Notes under the pieces: generated by a model
Database searches by the model: none
What the model was told of the DNA's origin: nothing
The model's input: only the letters and a program-made list of their open reading frames with translations
Shown: positions 1-11,272 of the stretch, in pieces
Layout: each line of letters starts with the position of its first letter
Position numbering within the stretch: position 1 is the stretch's first letter
Made by a program: the position numbers and the translations under genes
Assembly (NCBI RefSeq): GCF_006345805.1
Contig: NC_043014.1
Location: forward strand, 5,580,001 to 5,644,000
Direction: 5' to 3'
Length of the DNA: 64,000 bases
DNA from: Octopus sinensis
Lineage: Eukaryota

Positions 1-198
1 AGGAGATAAGAAAGCGGTAAGCCACCAGGATGTAACACAACGATGAAAATTTGGTGGAATTAACCATGAAGTTGTCTCACACATCTTCAAAAGAAGCTGT
101 CCAAAAGTGCCATTATTGTATTGCTTAGCTTTAAAATCTGAACATTGATGAATTTTCTGAAAATCTATTTCTATGATGTTATTTCAATTTTTTCACAG

Positions 199-250
199 AA
201 CCGTTTCCTTTTCAAGAAATCTCTGGATGACAAAGCTGTTCACACGCCAA
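199..250 (+). CDS. Paralog 1, exon 2 (stalk, NRFLFKKSLDDKAVHTP), short-chain collagen C4-like family; exon 1 lies upstream of the window
   Basis: ttttttcacag acceptor at 197-198 and gtaaga donor at 251; 52 nt, phase 0 to 1; same length and homologous to the exons at 20124-20175 and 46289-46340. Confidence 0.85.
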
Positions 251-827
251 GTAAGAACTAATTTTATAACGTGAAAGATAAAAACGTAAAAAACGTTGCT
301 CAGTAATTCTGCGAGTCTGGTGGTTCTAGAGAAATCATGCACCTGTCTTTGAGGGCCATTCCAGAGGGAAGCAATTGTTATTAAGATTTTCTAGCCTTTT
401 ATTTAACTTTTGATCTAGCCTTTTATTTGATGCTCCAACCTTGAATTAATTTATCTCAAAAAATTTAGCTCAAGACTCGATCATCATTGCTAAAAAACCG
501 CATTGAATTCGGCTGAGAAGTGAATTAGTGATGAATCATGCAAATCTTTACCAGTAACTAAAAGTATACATTCACCCCCAGGCGTGGGGGACTATTTCTC
601 GGAATCAGCTTTACGTTCATAGGAAAAAGAATTTTCAAACTCTTTGTTTGTTTGTTTGTTTGTTTCTTAATTTTTTTCTCTCATTCTTTCTTTCTTCCTT
701 TCTTTCTTTCATTCATTCTTTCTTTCTTTTTTCTTTCTTCCTTCTTTTCTTTCTTTTCTTCTTTCTTTCTTTCTTTCATTCTTTCTTTCTTAACTTTTTA
801 AATCCTCTATCAAGTTCCCATCTACTC

Positions 828-910
828 TTCCTTCCTTCCTTCCTTCCTTCCTTCCTTCCTTCCTTCCTTCCTTCCTTCCTTCCTTCCTTCCTTCCTTCCT
901 TCCTTCCTTC
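828..910. repeat. (CCTT)n
   Basis: Seen directly. Confidence 0.95.
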
Positions 911-1017
911 TAATCATTGTCTCCCCAATTCATTAATTCCCAGCCAAGATATTCTCTCCCACATGGTTCACCAATTATTTTCTTTTAAACTACATTGTTT
1001 CCTTCGCAATTTCGCAG

Positions 1018-1092
1018 GACCCGGTCCTGGATCCCTGTATACCCGGTGGGGTAGAACAAAATGTCCACGTATTTCAAGTCTGGTATACGATG
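1018..1092 (+). CDS. Paralog 1, exon 3 (R-PGPGSLYTRWGRTKCPRISSLVYDG)
   Basis: cgcag acceptor and gttagt donor; 75 nt, phase 1-1; YxRWGRxxCP...LVYxG motif opens the short-chain-collagen-C4-type C-terminal domain. Confidence 0.9.
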
Positions 1093-2403
1093 GTTAGTAT
1101 ATTTTGTTTCTAATCTCTCTCTCTATTTCTTTCTCTCTCTCTCTCTCTCACTTTCTCTTCCTCTCTCCTCCCTCCTTCTTTCTGATCTACACAAACGTTT
1201 TTCCTATTATGGTATATCACATTTTAAACGGCGATTATAGATTCTTTTGAGTTTACACAAAACTACTTTCTCCGTTGAATTTATTTGGTCATAGCCGAAG
1301 TATAAATGGCGTCAAGAATGATCACACCAACAGGATATCATCGAAAGTACCCCCATGAACCCAACCACAGAATATAGTTACCGAAGGACTGTATGCATTA
1401 ACTACGCACCATTCCACCACTTAATCACGCTAGTGCCTCATGGTAAGGCAATTCTGAGGTTTCCAGTCAGAAGACACTATTTTCCACCTCTTCCCCACCA
1501 ACTGTTCTTTCTTTAAACGAGATTTGTTTTTGCTTGAAATGCGATGGAACAGATTTTACCTGTCTATAACCGAACCATTAACGGTTTTATTAAAGGTTTC
1601 CCAATTCAGCTTAAACTGAACTTTACAATCCTTTCTCCTCTCACTTTCCTTAAGACGTAAAATAACCCCAATGATGCAGCAAATAAAACCAACGTGACCT
1701 GTTCACGACTAGCCGAGAGGTTTAGCTACGGTGTGCAGGATGTTCTGTTAAATAACTTTTAACTCCCTATCGACTGTCAATACTCTGCACCTCACCGTGT
1801 TCTTCTATTTTATATTGGTTAAAAATTCCTTGCATCGTTCTTCTATTTTATCTCCGTTAAAATTTGAACAAAATCGTCTTTTTCCATTTTAGAGGAAATG
1901 CCTTACGTAACGGCCTTCCCTTCACACTCTTTTGACATCTGCACACAACCATCTACAGCCATGTATCTAGACATATTCATAAATATTACCTACACAAACA
2001 CGTTGGCGTACACCTACAACATATATACATATAAATCATAGACACGTACAGTTCTTAACTCATACACAAACATTCATTCAGCAACACAGCTTACACTCGC
2101 ATCGATAGTAGTTTGTATACACAAACCTACACACGTAAACATAGTGAATGTTCAAACACATAGACACACGCACACGCGCACACACATAGACACAAAGACA
2201 CACACACACACACACACATACACACACATAAACTCAATCACATACACATATAGACACACACACACAAACTCGGATGTGTGTCTATTTATAATCGCAAATT
2301 TTAAAATTGAAAGTTCCTTTTCAAGGATTTCTTTTAATCCAAGTTTTTCTTATTTCACTTTACTTAATATTTTATTTATTTGATATTTTCTTACCAATTC
2401 TAG

Positions 2404-2902
2404 GTGTGGTTGGTGGAACAGCGCATAACGAAACAGGCGGCGGAAGTAATCTCTTATGTCTACCTAACGACCCCATTTGGGCAATTACACTGGAGAAGCT
2501 ACATACTGGAGTCACATGTATGGCAGTGAATATGAAACACGAAATTCCTATGCGAAAAAATACTTTTCTTTTGCTAACGCTGAATCACTTTTTGATCACA
2601 ATGTTCCGTGTGCTGTCTGTTTGACACGACAACCTGCTGTTGTTATGATGTTACCAGCCAGGACAAAGTGTTACGATGGTTGGACGATTGAGTATTCAGG
2701 ATATTTGATGACCGAGTATCATAATCATAAAGGCAGACATGAATATGTGTGTGTGGACTATGCACCAGAAGCTGATCCAGCGGGTTACAGAAACGAGAAT
2801 GGAGCTTTATTATATTTTGTGAAGGGAATTTGTGGTTCATTGCCATGTCCACCGTATGTCTATGGTCGCATATTAACCTGCGTTGTGTGCAGTAAATATT
2901 GA
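2404..2902 (+). CDS. Paralog 1, terminal exon 4 (Cys-rich NC1-related domain), with an apparent 1-nt deletion at about 2479-2482
   Basis: ctag acceptor at 2402-2403. GVVGG..GGGSNLLCLPNDPIW is in one frame (ORF 2307-2624) and GNYT..CAVC..CVVCSKY* in another (ORF 2477-2902). Restoring one base gives an intact exon homologous to 50176-50666. Confidence 0.8.
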
Positions 2903-3193
2903 ATGGAATATGGTTGAGTTTGCTTCTCTATGAAAACTTATGTTAACCAATTACAAGACATAATATAATATCATAAAAAATATAGACATTTTAAATTCTG
3001 TTTGCTAATATTTTATTGAAGTTATATAAATCGTTAAAATACTCTGCGCTACTAGTTAACAGAAAAATATTATAATGGAGAGAAAACCGGCGTCAGAGAA
3101 TGTGAGAATTATGCTTATAGAACAATGCAAAGCTGAGTGAATAATTCTAGATAAACATTGTATAAGGATCAGTTCATAAAACTAAAATGTGGA

Positions 3194-3199
3194 AATAAA
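3194..3199 (+). promoter_or_regulatory. Candidate polyadenylation signal of paralog 1
   Basis: AATAAA about 290 nt after the stop, a similar distance to the AATAAA of genes A and B. Confidence 0.4.
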
Positions 3200-4199
3200 A
3201 TTGTATTTCGTTTAACTGTATTTTGTGTTCTGCCTTAAATCTCAATAAACCCCACTTGAAGTAATATCATAGAAATATATGATGGTTCCATCATTTTTGA
3301 GAGGAATGTTAGTAGTAATCCTCTCACCACCTATTTTGTATTTACCTGTATTTATACAACCTCGTGACCCCGCCACAAGATTAGTTGACATCCTCATAAC
3401 CGGGACACGTAACCCTCACACCTTGCACCATTTCCTAAACACTGATGCACAACCATCAGAAATTAAATCACCAGCGAGTATCGAATAAGAATATTTCTCT
3501 CACTGAAAAGCAGAATAATGGTAATTTGGAGCAAACATTTGCTTTACAACACTTACCACATACATAGAAAGCAGAGTAAAGACAGCAAAAGGACGTAGAA
3601 ACATAATGAGGGTAAGCAAAGTTACTCTGTGTAAACTGTGTGATATGTTGAGACTGTTACAGCACATCCAATAAGAAACATCACTATGTGTTAGTGTAGA
3701 ATATTCCTTAGATAAAAAAGAAGAAGATGGATATTTGGGAGACACAACGTCTTTCATGCAAGTAATTGAGTGCCATAAGCTTGCCATTAAGAAAATGCAT
3801 GTATTTAGACATTTATAATAGGAATCAACTTTAAAGGTATACATGTGTTTATTCTTAACCCAATAAATCTTTTGGAAAATTCGGACTGAGAATTTTAGCT
3901 ACGTTCGAGTGGCACAGAGTGCGTCCTGTTTCAATCAATATTTCTGCGATATGATATTTTAGATGAGCTCAACCGTCTATTTATTTGTTTAATACTATAA
4001 TACACTCGACGTATTTACTCCCGTCCTAACATGGACAAATGCCATGCATCTAATCAAATCTTAAGTTTCCCTGCTGGAATGTACGCACATGTTCAGACTC
4101 GCCTGGCTCCACACACTCTGACCGCCGTTTTGCTTTTATAGGGAAGTAACTGTTTCGATGTAACATCAATATAGTTGTACTCTCAGAATCGAGGGTCCT

Positions 4200-4720
4200 G
4201 ATGACGGCCAGTTAAAAGATATTTGGATACACTTTATAACATGCCGGCTGGAAATATCATCATTGGGTGAGACAAGCTGACACTGAATCAGCTTCACTGA
4301 CTGACAGGTGGCGGTCGTTTAGAGAATGCGCGGGCTGAAATTACTCAGTTAAAGTGAGACTGTTTCACGTGACAACTTGCTGGGGCTGCCTGCTGGAGCC
4401 TTGCGGCAGGTATTTAAAGGGAAGAATTTGACAAGTCAGTCAGTCACCGGCTGACACTCGCTGACGATACATCGAAGAGGCCATGGAACAGAAGAAAGAA
4501 GAAGAAAGAAGACATGCACCCAACACCAGAGCTGAAGACACCTCCGAAAGGCGGAGCCCCGCCACGTCAAAACGGTAATGGAGTAGGGACCGAAACCGGA
4601 CGTGGTTCCTCTGGATGATGCCTTGAGCTAACTGGATACTATAAAGGAGCTGTTGTGGTAGCAGACCACGAAACACGGTTGTAATTCCTACAGTGGTAGG
4701 CAAATGTACCAAGTTAATGT
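4200..4720 (+). mobile_element. LTR-like or Penelope-like GC-rich repeat (approx.)
   Basis: TATTTAAAG followed by cagtcagtca, with CTGAAGA...GAAAC motifs; GC-rich relative to the flanks. Confidence 0.3.
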
Positions 4721-5599
4721 TTATTTCCCTGATAAACGAAATTTTTGCAGCATTTGGCAGAGCTTCGTCATAGATTCTTTGGAGTTACTCGGACACTGGG
4801 TTTGCAGATTGAAACCTTTTGTGAGAATGGTTATTCTTTATGCACCAACACTTGTCAGTGCAAGGGAGATGGGCTGCTCCTGCTATAGCTGTATCATGAG
4901 TGATGACTAATATTTGGTTCAACTGAAAGTATAAATAGAAGCATCCACGTTGAAGTCATAAGAACATTCATGATTATGTAATTGTCAACAGAAAAGACCC
5001 ATCGGATGTAAAGCTGCCCGATTCATGCAGGGCGATGAATTATGGACAGATGACAGGTTTTTTTTCCGTTGATTACACTGGCGATCACTGTCCCCCAAAG
5101 GCTGAGGTGTGAAGCAGGAAGGCATCTTGGTGGGTGGATGCTTCTAAATGAAACTTTCCTGCAGCACTTAGACATTACAAAGAAGCAGCGAAATTAGACA
5201 ATTCTACACAGCAATCAAGGATAAAGAAAGAAAATATAGAAAAGTACAAAACCAAGACAAAATAAACATAAACAAACTACATTTATTAGCTACGATTCAC
5301 ATACAAACTCATTCTACTGCTCGACATTTTCAATTTATTGAGCTAACAACCAGAACTTTGAACAGAATCTTGACTGCTAACTGGTAGATTCTATACGTAG
5401 ATAAGTGTTGAATGATTAGAAAAATGAATATTTTATAGCTAAATTTGATATCTGCTGACTGCATGCACAGACAGAGAACGTAATTATTCAGTCATTGACC
5501 TACATAGAAACAACTCCTGGCTTTTCTGCCACTCGACACATGAAATCTGAGAACATGACTTTGGATCTGTCAGTAGATATGTTCACTGAACCGCGCCAG

Positions 5600-5730
5600 C
5601 CTTCAGTTTCCGTCTTCCAAATTCACTCACAAGGCGTTGGTCGGCCCCAGGCAATAGAAGAAGATACTTGCCCAAGGTGCAATGGAGAGGGACTGAACCC
5701 GGAATCATGTTGTTGGGAAGCAAGCTTCGT
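5600..5730 (-). mobile_element. SINE type A fragment (approx.)
   Basis: cttcagtttccgtc..aaattcactcacaaggc..cttgcccaaggtgc core. Confidence 0.7.
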
Positions 5731-6379
5731 GTCAATTTATTACGGCCGTGTCTAACGACTACTTTAATTGATTGATGAAAATATTACACCATTGTAAAGA
5801 AACCGTTTCTGCCAGATGAATTCATGAACATTAAAATCGTGAATTCTTCTGACGAAAGCGATTTCTTTACAGTGATGTAATGTGTTCATTACTCCAATAA
5901 GGAGTCGTAAGAAACGGCCGTAATGAATTGACACCTGTACCTCTCCCGTTACTCATTTACATTTTATTCACCTGTCCTGGAATCTGCTCTTCGTAAACAT
6001 TATGGACCGCATTTATATATAATATACATGTCTGAGGCGCTCAAGAGCCGATTTCTTCACTCAACTGGGTTTAATTGTCTGCATACTCTGCAAGAATATC
6101 ATTCGGCCGGTTCTAAGGTACAAAGTTCGATATTTACTCAGTAGTGTTGTGTGTGTATATTATTCCTACCTAACGAGGTGTCTCAATTCAAGTACCTGAT
6201 TCAACAGAATGTTATTTATATTTTATATACATATGTGTATACTACGTACGTGCGTATACACACATACATACATACATAAATACATACACAATTATATATG
6301 TATGTATAAATATATATGTATTATATTTATATATATAAGCACAGAGACACACACATAATTATAGAGCTCTCTCTATCCC

Positions 6380-6413
<34 letters not shown>

Positions 6414-6970
6414 GGAGTAAACACATAAATGTGAAACAAGGTGGAAATACTGTCCGATGCACGGCAACGGGAAATTCAGAGTAACGGGTTTTGTTGAATT
6501 TTCTGCTGCTTTAAATAAAGCATATATATATATATATATTTCAATAGCATCATTCATTGACGGATTCTTCGATTATTCCGATGATATCAAGCAAACAAGT
6601 TGCCATTTTCAGGTGATATTTAACAAATAACCACATTGGTATGGAGCGAATTTTAATCAACCCGCTTGATAACTAATTCAGAACCACAAAGCGAATTTGC
6701 TAAAAGGAAAGTTGAATTGAAGAGTATATGAGTTAGATTTCGAAAGCAGAAATCAGAACCTACAGAAGGTAGACAGATCACCATCCTGATTATTTATGGG
6801 ACCAGAGCGGACCGTAGTAAACATTCTACAATAAGAAATAAAAGGAGAAGAGAGAAAAGAAAGGAAATGAACGAAACCGTGGATATACAATTTACATTGG
6901 ATAGGGTACTTAGGTGTGTATATGTCCAAATATATGCAACTGCCTATGTATACACAGACACACACACACA

Positions 6971-7016
<46 letters not shown>

Positions 7017-7160
7017 CATATGAAGAGAAGATTTCATTGTTTTACATCATTTATTCCTTTGGAATAATATCAGTGAAATTTTCGAAACATGTGTCGGAAG
7101 TAAAAGTATTTGAATTATACCTGCGTTAAACTCCATTTATATATATATATATATATATAT

Positions 7161-7441
7161 ATGTAATATATTAGAAGAAATAAGGTATCAGAAATCTGGA
7201 TGGTTTTAAATTTACAGATTTTTATTAAAACGTCACATGTTCTTATAAGTTATATTATAGCGCTTGCATCTACTCTAGTAGACTCTCCAGATTTGGAGAC
7301 TCTCAAATCTGGAGAGTCTACCAGCGTAGATGCAAGCTCTATAATAGGATTTATAAAAAACATGTGATATATTAGTAAAAATCTGTAAATATAAAACCAT
7401 CCAGATTTCTGAGTACCTTATATAATACCTGTATATCACAT
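7161..7441. repeat. Diverged foldback (~135-bp arms, ~8-nt loop), MITE-like
   Basis: ...gtagactctccagatttg/caaatctggagagtctac... extends to the outer ends; flanked by (TA)n. Confidence 0.8.
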
Positions 7442-7452
7442 CAAAACGTTCT

Positions 7453-7508
<56 letters not shown>

Positions 7509-7780
7509 CATATATAACAATATCCACACACAATGTACACACGTAAACTTAATCAACGTATGTACAAACACACGCGCGTGCGCACACGCAGATACTTCCC
7601 CCACACACAAACGCTCACTGAAATGTTCGACACCTGCAGAAATCGTGCGTGAACTTAAATGTCTCTAATGGCGATTTTCACACTAAAATCTCCTTTTCAA
7701 GTATTGCTTTTAATCAACATTTTCCGCTATTTCATGTACAAATTTTCTCTTCTTAATCGATATATTCTTACCAATTCTCG

Positions 7781-7927
7781 GTGTAGCTGGTGGACATTTC
7801 TCTGATCAAATGGGTGGTGGAAGTAATCTCTTATGTCTACCTAACGATCCCATTTGGGCCAATTATCTTATAGAGGTCGAAAAAGCCAGTGACATATTCG
7901 CTGGTGAATATCAGTTATCGACTTACA
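7781..7927 (+). pseudogene. Orphan, truncated copy of exon 4 (GVAGGHFSDQMGGGSNLLCLPNDPIWANYLIEVEKASDIFAGEYQLS)
   Basis: The upstream ~100 nt matches the intron end of paralog 1, but the acceptor reads ctcg instead of ctag. Homology stops where a Helitron begins (7928). No exon 2 or 3 copy was seen between 2902 and 7781. Confidence 0.85.
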
Positions 7928-8233
7928 TCTTTATATATAAAACTGAAGTTGTGTGTGTGAGAGTCTGTCTACTCCGATTTAGATTCCTAACTACTCCCAC
8001 ATTTTGCGGTTCAGTTTAACCAAAACCGGGTATCTTATAGTCGTGATTCATATCGAGCCCTTCTGGGTATTAGCGCGCGTCTACAATGAGTCTACGATTA
8101 AAAAAAAATTATCATCATTTTTCCGCATTTTAATGCGTTTTTTGCTCGGTTTATATAAGGGAAGTAACTCTCTAAAAATGCTTATATAGTTATTTCCCTT
8201 ACAAACCCGAGCAACGCCGGGCGATACTGCTAG
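7928..8233 (+). mobile_element. Non-autonomous Helitron (family H1)
   Basis: Inserted A|TC...CTAG|T; 5' TCTTTATATATAAA; 3' hairpin cccgagcaacgccggg just before CTAG. Confidence 0.85.
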
Positions 8234-8342
8234 TTCGAAAATAAAAACATGATGCATTTCTATGATGGTACGTCCATAGTGTTACAGACAGTTTGGTGGA
8301 CAATACTTTGAAGATGTCGACGGTAGATGCAATAATACGTAT

Positions 8343-8747
8343 ACTCTTTTACTCTTTACTCCTTTATTTGTTTCAGTCATTTGAGTGTGGCCATGCTGGA
8401 GCACCGCCATTAGTCGAGCAAGCCAACCCCAGGACTTATTCTTTGTAAGCCTAGCACTTATTCTATCGGTTTCTTTTGCCGAACCACTAAGTTACGGAGA
8501 CGTAAACACACCAGCATCGGTTGTCAAGCGATGTTGGGGGGTACAAACACAGAAACACAAACATATACACAGACACATGCACACATATATACGACGGGCT
8601 TCTTTCAGTTTCCGTCTACCAAATCCACTCACAAGGCTTTGGTTGGTCCGAGGCTATAGTAGCAGACACTTGCCCAAGGTGCCACGCAGTGGGACTGAAC
8701 CCGGAACCATGTGGTTAGTAAGCAAGCTACTTACCACACAGCCACTC
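8343..8747 (-). mobile_element. SINE type A (tRNA-like head, internal microsatellite, (AAGAGTA)n tail)
   Basis: Full consensus, shared by more than 12 copies in the window. Confidence 0.9.
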
Positions 8748-8869
8748 GAAGCCATCATTTATTTTCTGTGACAAGCAAATGGTATGGTGGCTCAACGTGT
8801 TTAGAGATTTTAAGCAAACAACTTGCAAGCGTTACCAGTTGAAAGTTCTGCACACCGAATACTAGTTTA

Positions 8870-9160
8870 TTGTGTCATCAGTAGAGAATGCGCGCCGTTT
8901 CAGAGCCTTCCTCTCTACGGGATCATTGCGCCGCGCCTCACTGAAATGAAGGTCAGCTTGCTAGATCAGCTGATTATCAATTTTCGTTCAATATTCTTCT
9001 AGCCATTGCTCATATTCTCTTTTTAACCAAATTCAGCAGTTTGCCTTCTCTACTGTAGTCTGGATATAACTCATGATGGTTGATGTTTTACGATGAGCCA
9101 AGCCCGGCAACAACAGCAGCCGCCTCACGCTGTGTGGAACGAATCGTCAATATGGACAAT
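8870..9160 (-). mobile_element. 3' end of a REL-endonuclease (NeSL/HERO-like) LINE, degraded (approx.)
   Basis: GFVPHSVRRLLLLPGL...IQTTVEKANC*IWLK; homologous to 55640-55950. Confidence 0.6.
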
Positions 9161-9261
9161 CATTTCAAAGTTATCAATTATTTGACACGAGTAAAAGTAT
9201 TGATCCTCTTACCAACTATTTATTAAACCTATATCTACACAACCTTTCGATCTCTCTAGAC

Positions 9262-9480
9262 CAGTGGTTTTCAACCAGGATTCCGCGGAACCTTAGGGTT
9301 CCGCCAGTACAGTCCTGGGGTTCCGCAAGAAGTTACAAAACTGCTAAAATCGGCAGTAATTTTTAATTCTCCTGTGCAGATATGTGTGCATAAGACTATT
9401 AAATTACTGCACAGGGGTTCCTCGAGCCAGTGGAATGTTTCCTTGGGGTTCCGCTCCAGCAAAAATGTTGAAAAGCACTG
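9262..9480. mobile_element. hAT (Charlie-like) MITE
   Basis: TIRs CAGTGGTTTTCAAC / GTTGAAAAGCACTG; 8-bp TSD ctctagac / ctctacac. Confidence 0.85.
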
Positions 9481-9604
9481 CTCTACACAATATGGAGATG
9501 GCCTTATAATCGGAGCACTTAACACTCATATATTCGAACTTTTCTTGAAATACTAGGGTGCAGGGAAAACAAACGAGATCACCTGGAAATATAGCCTAAC
9601 TTAT

Positions 9605-10471
9605 AGGTGCAGGAGTGGTTGTGTGGTAAGTAGTTTGCTTATCCAAGCCGTCCAAAAATTTTTGGACGGCTTGGGTGACCGAGAACGTGTGGACACGGTC
9701 TGCTCAAGTAGTCCGTTATGGCCTCCGCAGGTGGCTGCGGAGGTAGTAACGGAAAACATTTTGTCAGAGGTCACAGCGACCTTTGACAAGAAAGAATTTG
9801 CCTTCCTCTTTGCAGGACCCGACTTGTCGTTGCAGAGTTGTCTGCAGGCGGCAAGTCACTTTGCTTGGAGGACCTGGCTAGGAGAATTGTTGTAAATCTA
9901 TGTGCTGCCCTTGTGGCAAATTAAATGAAAGAAAGTAGCTTGTAAGAGGTTTTAGTGCCTCCTTCTTGTAAGAGGTACGAAACCTCATATTGATTTTTAA
10001 AAAAAGAAGAAAAAATGTTTTCGAGAAAAATCCAATCGGCGGGTGTTGGGTTTCGTCTCATTTATTCATTATATTTCATTTTCATTCATTAATGTGTTTG
10101 TCCAGCCCGCAAAGCCCTTTGTACTGTCTATATGACAAATTTTATGAAATAAAGTAGTTTGCTTACCAACCACATGGTTCCGGGTTCAGTCCCACTGCAT
10201 GGCACCTTGGGCAAGTGTCTTCTACCAAAGCCTTGTGAGTGGATTTATTAGACGGAAACTGAAAGGAGCCCGCTATGTATGTATATATGTGTCTGTGATT
10301 GTCCCTCCACCATCGCTTGACAACCGATGCTGGTGTGTTTACGTCCCCATAACTTAGAATAAGTACTAGGCTTGCAGAGAATAAGCACTGGGATCAATTT
10401 GTTTTACTAAAGGCGGTGCTCCAGCATGGCCGCAGTCAAATGACTGAAACAAGTAAAAGAGTAAAAGAGTA
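9605..10471 (+). mobile_element. SINE type A split by a 510-bp insertion
   Basis: Head at 9605-9641; resumes at 10152. Confidence 0.85.
9642..10151 (+). mobile_element. 510-bp retroposed insert inside a SINE head (probably the 3' end of a non-LTR element)
   Basis: 14-bp TSD aagtagtttgctta (9628-9641 and 10152-10165); A-rich 3' end; ORF remnant ending at 9895. Confidence 0.55.
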
Positions 10472-11084
10472 ATTCCTACAGTTTTAATGTAGCACGAACC
10501 AAATCGGCAACACCAAAGAGCATCAAATACAATGAATTATCTCGCTCAACTACTTAAACATAACATACTCGAAGAAAACAAAAATTCTAGGAGTTACACA
10601 CATTTCCTATACAACATTTACAAGACACATAAAAGACAGAGTAAAGACAGCAAAGCGACTTTGGTGCAAACAGAGCAATATGGTGATCCGTCACACTAGA
10701 TTCATAATTTATGTTCGAGTCTGTACAATGGTTCTCAGATAGACGAAGAGTAGTTACTGGGGGGGGGGGATTTGTGGCCGGTAGCTCAACGTCTGAACAA
10801 TTATCTGCATGCTATGGGAATGCTCTATCAGAGGTAATCTGGGAATATACAACAACTTCAAGAACAAGAATAACCTGAAAATGAAATAGAAGTATGGAAT
10901 CTAGTGGCAATGCGAGGATTGAGAATTGTGATTCGCAGTCTTTTCAGGAAAACTTGGAACTAATTCCTCCGAGGGAATTGAAACCGATGAGTCAGTTACG
11001 ACTCGTGAAATTACTAAAGTATGTTAACCCTACAATAAGCATGTCATATAAAATTATCAATTCTAGTATATGCACAAGGCCTGA

Positions 11085-11272
11085 AATTTGGGGGAGGGGT
11101 AAGTCGATCACATCGACCCCAGTACGCCACTGGTACTTATTTCATCGATCCCGAAAGGATGAAAGGCAAAGTCAGCCTCGGCGAAATTTGAACTCAGAAC
11201 GTGAAGACAGACGAAATGCCGCTAAGCATTTTGCCCGCCGTGGTTACGATTATTCCAGCTCGCCGCCTTTGT
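11085..11272 (-). mobile_element. SINE type B (approx.)
   Basis: ggcggcgagctgg..ctgagttcaaattt..gcctttcatcctttcggg core. Confidence 0.8.

Noticed and set aside
648-1017. Hydrophobic N-terminus of ORF 648-1097 as a signal or TM region
   Set aside because: It is the CT-rich intron upstream of the exon 3 acceptor at 1016-1017.
3460-3844. Minus-strand ORF with a hydrophobic stretch followed by *EKYSYSI, resembling the M1-M2 region of Cys-loop or chemotactile receptors
   Set aside because: The spacing is wrong, there are stops, no ligand-binding-domain motifs are seen, and the related copy at 10.6 kb does not keep this frame.
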